A DNA stretch of 63,248 nt, counting the filler, from Octopus bimaculoides (lineage: Eukaryota), in NCBI RefSeq assembly GCF_001194135.2. It is 9 parts of 7 records of this genome, joined end to end, with 100 filler letters (N's around TTAATTAATTAA, not from the genome) between each part and the next. Parts side by side here need not be neighbours in the genome. Positions count along the whole stretch, not along the records: positions 1 to 9,394 come from NC_068990.1; positions 9,495 to 22,593 come from NC_068981.1; 7 more parts are not named here. One strand, given 5' to 3'. Numbering within the stretch: the first letter of the stretch is position 1; every line of letters begins with the position of its first letter. Positions 1 to 11,374 of the stretch are shown here, piece by piece. A program made the position numbers and the translations under genes. The notes under the pieces were generated by a model, which saw only the letters and a program-made list of their open reading frames with translations, was not told where the DNA came from and did no database searches.

Positions 1-48
<48 letters not shown>

Positions 49-284
49 GATGTAAGTATGTACATATACGTATGTATATATGCATATATATATATATATA
101 TTATTTATATTATATATATGCACATACACACACACATATATATACACACACACACACATATATACATACACACACACACATACACAACACACATATATAA
201 TAAAATATATACATCATCATCATCATCATCATCATCATCGTTTAACGTCTGCTTTCCATGCTAGCATGGGTTATGGCAAATGAA

Positions 285-1035
285 AGACGGAAGATGAAAT
301 ATATGAGAATTTATTAATCACAACATCTAGCATCAATCCCTGATGGGTGGGACACTCAGCAACTGGTTCAGGAGCAACCGGCAGTTAAGATGTATCTCAT
401 CAGATGATAAATAGATGCAACTCATTAGAATAACAGTTCCACAATGTAACTTCTCATTTTGGAGAAAGAAAAGCAGCCAGAAGGAAGAAATATCTTCATT
501 TATATAGAAAATCAAAAATAAAATTACAGTTGTAAAAAAATAGAAACAAACACGCAATATAGCGAGAAAAGTATTAAAAATAACCATTAAGAAATATTGA
601 TGTATAAATGCCTTTGGACAAGCTGCATGGCATGAGTACACTTGCTCATACAAGCATCAGTGAAAATGTGAGCATACGCACATGTGAGGTTTGGTGCACT
701 CATGGTCACAATGCAAGTTAACTATCTACTTTGTGTTTGTAAGAATGGTCCCACTGCCTTGTGTGAAAGTACCTTTATATGCATGCAGGCATCTTGAGAA
801 TCTTTCAGAAGTTCTATTAATGATCTTCTTGTTAGTCCACAGAATAAATAGGGATTCCCTGGAGCAGAGACGGCATCTCCTGGAAATTATATTCTATGGT
901 TTCACATACATTACTATGAACCAAGCTATGCAGTACTTCATTTTATCCTCTTTCAGGTGCCATACAAAATCTGCCAAAGATGATGAATGTCTCATTGATC
1001 GTCTTAAAGCTGGTGTCATGGTTACAATAATGATT
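285..1035 (-). mobile_element. Highly decayed Penelope-like element remnant (possible GIY-YIG region plus terminal-repeat relic)
   Basis: Broken minus-strand frames give CRLCS..(fs)CGLTRRSLIE, resembling the PLE CxxC..YxGxTxRxL..R motif. Followed by CTGATGAG...GCTCCTGAACCAGTTG at 403-360, a relic hammerhead-like motif. A related sequence lies at 13670-13790. Confidence 0.35.
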
Positions 1036-1061
1036 CTTAAATGAATCAGCCATCTGTCCAA

Positions 1062-1115
<54 letters not shown>

Positions 1116-1326
1116 TANNNNNNNNNNNNNNNNNNNNNNNNNNNNNNNNNNNNNNNNNNNNNNNNNNNNNNNNNNNNNNNNNNNNNNNNNNNNNNNNNNN
1201 NNNNNNNNNNNNNNNNNNNNNNNNNNNNNNNNNNNNNNNNNNNNNNNNNNNNNNNNNNNNNNNNNNNNNNNNNNNNNNNNNNNNNNNNNNNNNNNNNNNN
1301 NNNNNNNNNNNNNNNNNNNNNNNNNA

Positions 1327-1437
1327 TATATAGCAATAAGAAAATGGAGGCGAATATGTGGTACTCATTGACTTACAGATAATGTCTGCAAGTCGATGAG
1401 TACCACATATTCCGCTCCATTTTCTTATTGCTATATA
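1327..1437. repeat. 111-bp near-perfect palindrome (MITE-like hairpin), TA-flanked
   Basis: Arm TATATAGCAATAAGAAAATGGAG..AATATGTGGTACTCAT.GACTT.CAGA pairs with its reverse complement over ~54 bp with 5 mismatches and a 3-nt loop. Confidence 0.9.
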
Positions 1438-1589
1438 AATTAAGGGTAAAATTTCCTTTTACCCACACCCATTTATTACACTTGGTAAAAACACTAGTGT
1501 AATAGTAATTGGGTATCACTCCGGCAGTATATTGGATAGATATTATCCCTTAGTCGGTTGGATTCACAACTCCTAACTTTCTTGGAGTA

Positions 1590-1999
1590 TATCGTCCGTC
1601 GTTTAACGTCCGCTTTCCATGCTAGCATGGGTTGGACGATTTGACTGAGGACTGGTGAAACCAGATGGCTACACCAGGCTCCAATCTGATTTGGCAGAGT
1701 TTCTANNNNNNNNNNAAACCAGATGGCTACACCAGGCTCCAATCTGATTTGGCAGAGTTTCTACAGCTGGATGCCCTTCCTAACGCCAACCACTGAGAGA
1801 GTGTAGTGGGTGCTTTTACGTGCCACTGGCACGAAGGCCAGTCAGTCAGTACAGGCAACGGCCACACTCAAAATGGTGTATTTTATGTGCCACCCGCACA
1901 AGAGCCAGTCCAGGGGCACTGGCAACGATCTCGCTCGAAAGTCCTTACACATGCCGCGCACACAAGTGCCAGAAAGGCGTCGCTGGGCACAAGTGCCAT

Positions 2000-2000
<1 letters not shown>
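1590..2000 (-). mobile_element. SINE/non-autonomous retroelement, family C ((GAT)n-tailed; GGAAGGGCATCCAGCTGTAGAAAC core), young copy
   Basis: Near-identical to copies at 15935-16093, 16104-16500, 18310-18595 and 22270-22408. CpGs are largely intact. Confidence 0.85.
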
Positions 2001-2040
<40 letters not shown>

Positions 2041-2119
2041 TNNNNNNNNNNATATATATATATATATATATACACACACTCACACACTCACACACACACA
2101 CACACACACACATGCATAA

Positions 2120-2150
<31 letters not shown>

Positions 2151-2339
2151 TGAGGGGGTGTGAGAAAATGAAGGACTGCTGCAATAAATGTGTGAATCAG
2201 AGAGGGGAATACATTGAATAAAATCATAACTGATCCTCCAGTATTTTGTCTTACCCAAAGCCAGGAACTTTGCAACACCACCTCATGTCGATGTGTGTGT
2301 GTGTATAGATAGATAGATATAGATAAATACATGCATGTA

Positions 2340-3625
2340 TTCTTTTATTCTTTTACTTGTTTCAGTCATTTGACTATGGCCATGCTGGAGCATCACCTTT
2401 AGTCGAACAAATCGACTCCAAGACTTATTTTTTGTAAGCCTAGTACTTATTCTATCAGTCTCTTTTACCAGACTGCTCAGTTACAGGGATGTAAACACAC
2501 CAACATCAGTTGTCAAATGACGATGGGGCTACAAACACAAACACACAAATATATACATATATATANNNNNNNNNNNNNNNNNNNNNNNNNNNNNNNNNNN
2601 NNNNNNNNNNNNNNNNNNNNNNNNNNNNNNNNNNNNNNNNNNNNNNNNNNNNNNNNNNNNNNNNNNNNNNNNNNNNNNNNNNNNNNNNNNNNNNNNNNNN
2701 NNNNNNNNNNNNNNNNNNNNNNNNNNNNNNNNNNNNNNNNNNNNNNNNNNNNNNNNNNNNNNNNNNNNNNNNNNNNNNNNNNNNNNNNNNNNNNNNNNNN
2801 NNNNNNNNNNNNNNNNNNNNNNNNNNNNNNNNNNNNNNNNNNNNNNNNNNNNNNNNNNNNNNNNNNNNNNNNNNNNNNNNNNNNNNNNNNNNNNNNNNNN
2901 NNNNNNNNNNNNNNNNNNNNNNNNNNNNNNNNNNNNNNNNNNNNNNNNNNNNNNNNNNNNNNNNNNNNNNNNNNNNNNNNNNNNNNNNNNNNNNNNNNNN
3001 NNNNNNNNNNNNNNNNNNNNNNNNNNNNNNNNNNNNNNNNNNNNNNNNNNNNNNNNNNNNNNNNNNNNNNNNNNNNNNNNNNNNNNNNNNNNNNNNNNNN
3101 NNNNNNNNNNNNNNNNNNNNNNNNNNNNNNNNNNNNNNNNNNNNNNNNNNNNNNNNNNNNNNNNNNNNNNNNNNNNNNNNNNNNNNNNNNNNNNNNNNNN
3201 NNNNNNNNNNNNNNNNNNNNNNNNNNNNNNNNNNNNNNNNNNNNNNNNNNNNNNNNNNNNNNNNNNNNNNNNNNNNNNNNNNNNNNNNNNNNNNNNNNNN
3301 NNNNNNNNNNNNNNNNNNNNNNNNNNNNNNNNNNNNNNNNNNNNNNNNNNNNNNNNNNNNNNNNNNNNNNNNNNNNNNNNNNNNNNNNNNNNNNNNNNNN
3401 NNNNNNNNNNNNNNNNNNNNNNNNNNNNNNNNNNNNNNNNNNNNNNNNNNNNNNNNNNNNNNNNNNNNNNNNNNNNNNNNNNNNNNNNNNNNNNNNNNNN
3501 NNNNNNNNNNNNNATGTATATACACATGTAGATGTAAGTATGTACATATATGTGTGTATACATGTATATATATTCTTTGTATTATTACATTATTGAACGC
3601 ACACGTCCTTTTTTGCAAGTAAGTC

Positions 3626-3665
<40 letters not shown>

Positions 3666-3827
3666 GACGGGCTCCTTTCAGTTTCCGTCTACCAAATCCA
3701 CTCACAAGGCTTTGGTCGGCCCAAGGCTATAGTAGTAGACACTTGTCCAAGGTGCCACACAGTGGGACTGAACCGGGAACCATATGGTTGGGAAGCAAGT
3801 TTCTAACCACACAGCCACTCCTCTGCC
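2340..3827 (-). mobile_element. tRNA-derived SINE family A, full copy with central microsatellite and N gap
   Basis: 5' head AGGAGTGGCTGTGTGGTTAG...GGTTCAGTCCCAC at 3827-3765. 3' tail GACTGAAACAAGTAAAAGAATAAAAGAA at ~2370-2340. Same architecture as 45043-45611. Confidence 0.85.
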
Positions 3828-3917
3828 TATGTGTGTGTGTATGACATTAGTTTTTATATAGAATGGAATTCATGCAAACAATTACTTGTTAATTAAGCAC
3901 TTAATATGATAATTTAC

Positions 3918-4067
3918 CTGACCCATATTTTCCACCAAACATTTAATGAGAACAATAAGCATGTCTGTATCATCTGTCCAGTCACCAACTTCCCATTGTT
4001 CACGATGCCGGTCCACTACCATTCGTTTGCACACCAATTCTAATTCATCTGATACACAGCCATAATT
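3918..4067 (-). CDS. Coding exon (150 nt, phase 0/0) of the same ADP-ribosylglycohydrolase gene, Mg2+-binding TDD motif
   Basis: Acceptor ttttttatatcccag| and donor cag|gtaaat. Translation NYGCVSDELELVCKRMVVDRHREQWEVGDWTDDTDMLIVLIKCLVENMGQ. WTDDT is the conserved ARH metal-binding motif. Further exons are not visible (N gaps or outside the window). Confidence 0.9.
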
Positions 4068-4499
4068 CTGGGATATAAAAAATAAAAACACAAAAAAGTA
4101 CAATTTAGAACTTAAAATACCATGAAAATATCTATAATGTAAAAATCTACATTTGTTTAGCTGTTTCATTTTTACATTTTAGCATGGTTGAGATGAATAT
4201 AATTATTAAAGCATTATTTCATAGTCAGATGCCTTTCCTTACACTAACCCTTAGTTGTTGTTCATGTAAACAATCACATGCTTTTCATATAAACAATTCC
4301 ACATATTTTTGAAAGCACAAAGCTAGCAGATGAATCATTAACAGAGAAGAAAAATGACAACAAAGTCACCATTTGTAGGCTGCAATTTTCAGAGAAGCAT
4401 GAATGTAAACAAAACAGACACACATATGCACATGGTCTTGCAGCTCACCAATTCCCTGTCAAACCATCCTGCCCATATGCCAACTTGAAAAATGGATGC

Positions 4500-4630
4500 T
4501 AGGTGTACCTGTGTGGTAAAGTTAGCTTCCAGTCTCCTTACATGGCACCTTGAGCAAGTGTTTTCTACTAAAGCCTTGGGCTAACGAAAGCTTTGTGAGT
4601 AGATTTGGCAGATGAAAACTAAAAGAAGAT
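4500..4630 (+). mobile_element. SINE family A 5' half, decayed
   Basis: TGTGTGGTAAAG...GGCACCTTGAGCAAGTGTTTTCTACTA...GATTTGGCAGATGAAAACTAAAAGAAG matches the family A head. Confidence 0.75.
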
Positions 4631-4699
4631 AGTTGTGTGTATGTGTGTGCATATGTACGGATGTGTGCATATGTACGGATGTGTGCATGTGTGTGTGTT

Positions 4700-4935
4700 A
4701 CTGTGTCATAGCCTTAACTTCCTGTGATAGTTGTAAATGAATGTCACCATCATGCAAATGGCATCCTTTCTTTCCAATCTTCCATGAAAGCATGCTGCAT
4801 CATGGGGAATATTACTTTACTTGGAAACTGATTAGGGTTGGTGATATGAAAAGCATCCAGTTGTAGAAAATCTGCACCAACAAGTTCTGTGCAACCCATG
4901 CAAGCATGGAAAAGTGGGCGATGATGATTATGATG
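4700..4935 (+). mobile_element. Family C-related SINE, plus copy
   Basis: GTTGTAAATGAATGTCACCATCATGCAAAT...CATCCAGTTGTAGAAAATC...CATGGAAAAG..GATGATG tail. Inverted homologue at 5140-5395. Confidence 0.75.
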
Positions 4936-5139
4936 AGCTTCTTTCAGTTTCACGAGTTTTAGGTTGACTTGGAGCTATAGTGAAGGCATTTACTCAAGGT
5001 GCCATGCATTGGGAATAAACCTGAAACCTTGTGGTTCAAAAGCAAACATTTTAACCACACAACCACTTGTGTTATCCAATGTCCCTTTTTATCACATTGG
5101 TATGAGTTGACCACTTCAGGAGGAACCAAAAAACCAGAG

Positions 5140-5395
5140 GACTGAGCCATGCCCCAATGTCTGCTTTGGCATGGTTTCTACAGCTGGATACCCTTCCTAA
5201 TGCCAAATACTTTACATAGTTACAGGATGCTTTTTTTTTTTATGCTACCAGCTGGATGCGCTTCATATCACCAATCCTAACCAGTTTCCAAGTAAGATAA
5301 TATTCCCCATGGTCAGGCATGTTTTCATGGAAGATTGGAAAGAAAGGATGCTATTTGCATGATGGTGACATTCATTTACAACTATCAGGAACTCA
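5140..5395 (-). mobile_element. Family C-related SINE, minus copy
   Basis: Reverse complement of the 4720-4860 segment (ATTTGCATGATGGTGACATTCATTTACAACTATCAGG), plus the GGTTTCTACAGCTGGATACCCTTCC core. Confidence 0.75.
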
Positions 5396-6078
5396 ATGCA
5401 AGAACACAGTAACATGCACACACATGCACACACACATGCACACACACACATGCACACACATGTGCATGCATGCACACATACACATGCCAAATACTCTTGC
5501 AAGACAAAATACCTCAACTGAGTAAGGGTATAGTATTGAAGAAGGTGAAAGTATGTTAGAGGGACAGTAACAGACATCTTGCTGTTGAGGAGATGTATGG
5601 TTTCCCTATCTAGAAGGGGAAAAAGAGATGGTGAGGACATACCTTCAAGGTACAAGGTGAATATGCGAAAGAGAATAGGGACAGAGGAACAGAAAAAGTG
5701 CATGGGTGCTACAGTGTAAGTATGCTAGAGTGTAAGTGTGCTGGAGTGTAAAAAGAGTGTGACACATGATTAGAGATGGACAGAGGTGAATACTGTGAAT
5801 ATAAGTATATAAGTTGGGGGGGAGAGAAAGGAAGGAAATAGGAATGGGTCAGGCAGGGGAAGTCAGTGATAAGGGACAGTAGTAGTAGGAATACAATATG
5901 AAATGTAGGGGAATAAATGATATCATTTACAGCCTCTGTGAAAGATGGTTAATAAAATGAGATGATCAACAGTTTTCTATTTTTCGGAGTGGGGAAGGAG
6001 GATTTTTAACTCTAAAATATGTTTTCTTTTAACTTTCAATTTGAAAGTACCAATGCATTTTAACTTCCCATGCAGTGT

Positions 6079-7282
6079 CTTTCTTTCTTTCTTGCCTTTA
6101 ACCCTCCAACGCGGAGTATAGGCCACTTATAATTGAATTCCATGTCGCATAATTTTTCACTTCTGTACTTATACTCTGCCATGAATGTCCTCCTTTCTCT
6201 AGTTCCTTTTGTGTTGATCTATGCCACGAGTTCTTAGGCCTACCCCTCTTTCTATATCCATCCAAATTCCACTGTAAAGCACTTTGCTACATTTGGTGTG
6301 TCTTTTCTAATTGTGCTACCAATCCACTTCCACTTTTTCTTTAATATTTGCTCCCTAATTGAAACTTGATTTGTTCTTTGCCATAGCTCCATATTGCTTA
6401 TGTGTTTGGGCCATCTGATCTTCTGTTGATGAATGATTGTATTTGCTTATTTGACTTAACTGTTGTTCGCCATGTCTCAGCCCCATACAATAACACCACT
6501 TTTACGTTAGTGTTAAAAATTCTTATTTTGTTCTTTATTGAAATCACACTTGCGCTCCAAACTGTTTTTTAACAGGTGGAAAGCGGTCCTTGCCTTACTT
6601 ATTCTCGTCTTAATATCTTCGTTGGTGCTGCTTGAGAACGTTATCTTACTACCTAAATATGTAAACTCGGCTACATCCTCTAGTTGACCAGTTTCTAGTT
6701 TAATACATTCGCTGTTTTCTTCATTAACGCGCATAATTTTTGATTTGTCGCAGTTGACTTTCAAGCCTAGTTTGGCAGCTATTGCTTCTAATTTTGATGT
6801 TTTATTTTGAATTTGGCTATATGTTTGTGAAAGTAGCGCTCTATCATCTGCAAAGTCGAGATCTTCTAGAGCTTCTGCATCCGTCCATTCAATGCCTGTT
6901 TGGCTTTCAATCGTAGTTTCCTTCACAATCCAATCTATAACTAGTAGAAATAAAAAGGGAGAAAGCATACAGCCCTGTCGAACTCCTGTTTTTACTTCGA
7001 ATTTATCCGTAGCTCCATTTCCATGCAAGACTCGGCATGACATTCCTTGGTAAGTTGCTCTTATTATAGATATATACTTGTCTGGTATGCCGTAGTGCTG
7101 CATAATTCTCCATAAGCCTTCCCTATCTCACTATCGAATGCTTTTTACGAAATCAATAAAATTAATATAAAGCGGTGCATTCCACTCTGCGCTTTGCTCC
7201 AAGATGATGCGAAGAGTGGCAATTTGATCTACACATGAACGGTTCTTCCTAAATCCAGCTTGTTCTTTACGCAACAATTTGT
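6079..7282 (-). mobile_element. 5'-truncated RTE-clade LINE (RT domain to 3' end) with 14-bp target-site duplication, in the ARH intron
   Basis: Frameshifted RT: EQAGFRKNRSCVDQIATLRIILEQ...FIDF, GVRQGCMLSPFLFLLVID, DLDFADD, FTYLGS, LLYGAETWRTT, KRGRPKNSW. 3' (GAAA)n tail at ~6079-6092. TTCCCATGCAGTGT is repeated at 6065-6078 and 7283-7296. Confidence 0.95.
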
Positions 7283-7961
7283 TTCCCATGCAGTGTGCCA
7301 GTAATTTTTTATTTGGTCTTAAGGGTTCTATGAAATCCAAAAAGATTCAGAACCTCTAGTTTAGGCATGTAATATGATGGAGTCAAAAGATATTTGCTGA
7401 TGGTAGCCAATGCAGAAGTTATTATTATTGTATAGCCTTAAGTGAGCCCTGATAAAGCAAACCCATGGCACATAGGTTAACAGCTACAGTAGATTTGGTT
7501 GCTATTTCTAGAAGTTCATCAATGCAGAAGTTTTCTAAAGACATGAATAAACCAAATATCACAGAATATACACACACACTCAAAAGATACTGCCTACTTG
7601 TTGAAACATTACAGTAATAAAAATATACAGGTATAAAAACAATATTTCTAAAAAAATATCATAATGATGATGATGATGATAGTGGTGATGAAATTCCTAA
7701 GAAGTGTCAATTTTTACATACTCTTTTATACCGTATTGTTTAGATAATACACTGAATATAAAACCTTTTGAAAGGAAAATATTAACTTTCTTTGGAATAT
7801 CATTATTATCATTGTCAGTAAAGATAATATGATGAAAATTATATTCCTAAAGAAGGTTTCTATTTTCTATTAAATAGCCTTCAGAAAAACACAGCAACAA
7901 ATATTAGGAAATTATATCTCAAAAGTCTAAAACAAGAAAACATTATAATAAGCAAATGTAC

Positions 7962-8081
7962 CTTTTTAGCATCTTCTTTGGTAAGTGATTCAGTAAGAAG
8001 ACCTAATGCATCACCAACAGCATGTCCATAAATAGTTGCATAAATGCATTTGTACACTCGGTTAATCTCTTTCTGAGGAAG
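7962..8081 (-). CDS. Coding exon (120 nt, phase 0/0) of an ADP-ribosylglycohydrolase (ARH/DraG/ADP_ribosyl_GH family) gene, N-terminal motif
   Basis: Minus strand: acceptor attattccag| and donor aag|gtacat. Open frame LPQKEINRVYKCIYATIYGHAVGDALGLLTESLTKEDAKK. GxAVGDALG..E is the N-terminal ARH-family motif. Splices in frame to the exon at 4067-3918. Missed by the ORF track. Confidence 0.9.
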
Positions 8082-8515
8082 CTGGAATAATTTTATAAGA
8101 AAGTTTAAATTAGAGAAAAGTTTTTTTTTTCAACTTCAGTACCATACATGAATATATTTTGCTTTCATTAAATTTCTATTAATTTTCCTTTGTATATTTT
8201 TGGGAGATGTGATCTAAAACTGATGCATTTTGGTCTTGTTTGTAATTTAATTAATTAATACATAAATTGTTTGTTAGTTAGTTAGTCACTTCTTTAATTA
8301 GTTGCTGTGTACAAAAACTGAAAACCCAGATTCAGATTTCAAATCAAAATTTAAAATTAATATATAAGCTCAATACATAGGTACAGTTTTAACAGCAGAG
8401 ATAATTATCTCTAGGTACGATGGCATGGCATCTTGAGCAAGTGTCTTCTACTATAGCCTCCGGCCAACCACAGCCATGTAAGTGGATTTGGTAGACAGAA
8501 TCTGAAAGAAGCCTG

Positions 8516-8547
<32 letters not shown>

Positions 8548-8754
8548 NNNNNNNNNNNNNNNNNNNNNNNNNNNNNNNNNNNNNNNNNNNNNNNNNNNNN
8601 NNNNNNNNNNNNNNNNNNNNNNNNNNNNNNNNNNNNNNNNNNNNNNNGTCAAATGACTGAAACAAGTAAAAGAGTAAAGAGTATATATGTATATATAAAT
8701 AATAAATAATATTATATATATACGTGTGTGCTTGTGTGTGTGTGTGCATATATA

Positions 8755-9050
8755 TGGGTACAGGACGTCTCCAACGGTGCAAATAACATGAAATACGTAA
8801 ACAACAAGAAAAAATGGAAAACAGGACAGGTAAACACAGAGAAAGAACCTTTATCAGTTGTTTTCTACTCCTCATTTCGTGCATTCAACGACAATATGAG
8901 TCTTCGAATACAGTTGCTCCCATAAATTCTAAAATAAAATTTAGGATTTATGGAGGGCCAAATTTGGTAACAAAAAAATGACAGTGGAGACATACAAGGA
9001 AACCGAACGCAAACAAAAATGGAGGGTCGTTAGTCCAGAACGAGAGAAAA
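8755..9050 (+). repeat. Interspersed repeat, probably Penelope-associated terminal region
   Basis: GGGTACAGGACGTC...GACAATATGAGTCTTCGAATACAGTTGCTCCCATAAAT resembles a recalled abundant octopus repeat. No coding motif. Classification is inference. Confidence 0.35.
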
Positions 9051-9054
9051 ATAG

Positions 9055-9262
9055 TGATCTTGCCCCCACTGACTACCACTTCTTCCAGAATTTGGATAAC
9101 ATTTATAGGAAAAAAATTTAATTCCGACGATGCTTATAAAACAGGCCTTCTAAGATTTTATTGACTCTAGATTGCTAGGCTTTTACAGTTCCGGGCTGGA
9201 CAAGCTACCGCTGAAATGGTAAAAGTGTATTGACAATATGGGTGCATGATTTGATGAATAAA
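9055..9262 (+). mobile_element. Mariner (DD34D) transposase C-terminal remnant
   Basis: DLAPTDYHFFQNLDN (fs) FNS...FIDSR..GFYSSGLDKLPLKW*KCIDNMGA*FD, the typical mariner C-terminus after the YSPDLAP motif, with stops. Confidence 0.8.
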
Positions 9263-9394
9263 ACTATTCCTGGATCTTTTTTAAAACGGGGGCCACATTT
9301 TTCATTAATGTTTTACGTAGTGCTTTTGGTACCGAAAGACTTTCAAACTTCGTATACTTATCTATTTTGTGTTATAGAACAGAAAAATATTTTT

Positions 9395-9494
9395 NNNNNN
9401 NNNNNNNNNNNNNNNNNNNNNNNNNNNNNNNNNNNNNNTTAATTAATTAANNNNNNNNNNNNNNNNNNNNNNNNNNNNNNNNNNNNNNNNNNNN
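9395..9494. other. Artificial scaffold-join spacer
   Basis: N44 + TTAATTAATTAA (9439-9450, stops in all six frames) + N44. Confidence 0.97.
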
Positions 9495-9537
<43 letters not shown>

Positions 9538-9538
<1 letters not shown>

Positions 9539-11373
9539 TAGCAGAAATACTTGGCACTGCCTAGGTTAAAGAGAATAATGAAATTTAAAAGTGCCGTCTA
9601 GATTACGCAGGTCTCAGCTGCTAGTAGCTGAGATACCAACTTTCTACATTAATAACTCTCCAACCCATGCCAGCATGGAATATAGACGTTAAGTGAAATG
9701 TTGAAAGAAAGTTTTCAACTCATATATGTATATAAAGTAAATACACATAATTCAAAAACACATTTTGTGCAGCTTATTTCGTAACCAAAAAATAGGTACA
9801 GATTATAAACAATGAAAGGCCAATTTTGGTGATTCATTTGACAGAGGTAGTAGAGAGCCAATCCAATGATAAATATGATCTTGGATCTTGAAAGTTTGTA
9901 TGAATCCTGGGTTAGTTAAATCTCTTGTGGCTCCAAATGATGTCATCTGTAGTGCAGCTTTGTATTGTCTAATTTTGTTTTGTAAGTGCTTGGAATCTTG
10001 GTCAGTTGATGGCATCAGTTTCTTCAGTTGCTCTGGAGGTTGGGATATTGCAGTGAGTTTAACCTTTCCACCACTGCAGCACAGTGCAGGTGTCTCTCCA
10101 GGCCACTTCCTTGCTTTACAATGTATGCACTCAATTGTCATTGCACCAATGGAAACTCTAGTGTCATCTGCATAATGAACTGCTGGATCATAATTGAAAG
10201 CTGCTTCATAGAATTTGCTTCTCTGAGCTGTTGCAACTGCTCTTCATTCTGCAGTGGAGATCCTATTCCTTCTCAGCCGTGCACACCTCTGTTCATAACT
10301 TTGAGATGCTCTGGCTTTTGTAGTGCACAGTCTGTTCGTTTCTTGGTATGCTTCCTTTTCTGTAGCTGTCTCTCTTTCCCTGGACAGAGACATTCTTTTG
10401 GCTGACCTTGACATTGTAGACAAATTTAACACTTTCCTTCTAGGTATGGTTATATACATATACAGAAATACACGGGTGCAAAAGATAGTGAACAATGAAA
10501 ATAACTAGGTAATGGAAATTATATTTCTTAATACAACAGGCAGAAAGTAAATAAGAAATTTTTATGGAAAATAAAGAATTGTATGGGTTAAAGTGAAATT
10601 TTTCAGTGAACTAAAGAGCCGGTATCAAAGAAACTAGAAAAAAGCCATTAACAACAGGAAAACACAAAATCATTGCAAAAGTAAATAAAAAATTTGTAGG
10701 CAGATTTAATGAAGTGTACGGATTGAAGTGAAATTTATGAAATTACTTCTGTCAGTAAATTATGTATGAAATTACTTTCATCAGTAATTGTGAACTTCTT
10801 TCTGTCAGTAATAGCAATTGAAAACTTACAGTGAAAACAATAGAGAATGAGTGATATGTATATATATATATTTATATATATATAGAGAGAGAGAGAGAGA
10901 GAAAGCTAGCTAGTTACACAAATAAGATAGATATAGATAGTTAGATAGGATACAGACAGATAGATACAGAGAGATAGATATAGAGAGATATAAATAGAGA
11001 GAGATGGACAGAGAAATATAGATGTCATTGATGTTAGAAAACCCAGAAGTAAATATTTAAAAAAAACTTTCAAAGACTTGAATCTAATATAATAAGCAAT
11101 ATTTAAAATTTTTTATGACCAATGGGTGTAAGGGAGACAATCAATTTCTGAATGTTACTTTGCAAAGAGTTACCTCCCTTCTCCACATAACCCAGGAACG
11201 GGTGTTTTCTGTTCCCAGAGAGCACATTGCTCATTATGTGAAAACTTTTAAGAGTCTAAAACTATCTCTGGAACATAAGTAATGTATGTTCCCAGTTTGG
11301 AGATAATCAGTTGAAAAATATGGCCGTTATCATCCTTTACACACACACACACACAGAACAGGATTTATATTAT
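9538..11373 (-). mobile_element. Internally deleted Helitron 1
   Basis: Rep/Hel N-terminus CIHCKARKWPGETPALCCSGGKVKL...QMTSFG...TFKIQDHIYHWIGSLLP (10141-9803), preceded by a charged N-terminal region. 3' end is a decayed hairpin + CTAG|T at 9538. 5' module with AGTTTGG..AATCAGTTGAAAA, (CA)n and TATA-rich end at ~11290-11373. Confidence 0.85.
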
Positions 11374-11374
11374 A

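Noticed and set aside
333-1044. ORFs 333-653 and 691-1044 as downstream ARH exons
   Set aside because: No ARH motifs appear in any frame checked; the region is better explained as decayed transposon sequence.
1658-1763. 48-bp direct repeat around a 10-N gap inside a SINE
   Set aside because: Identical copies flank a minimal gap, the typical unmerged contig overlap artefact.
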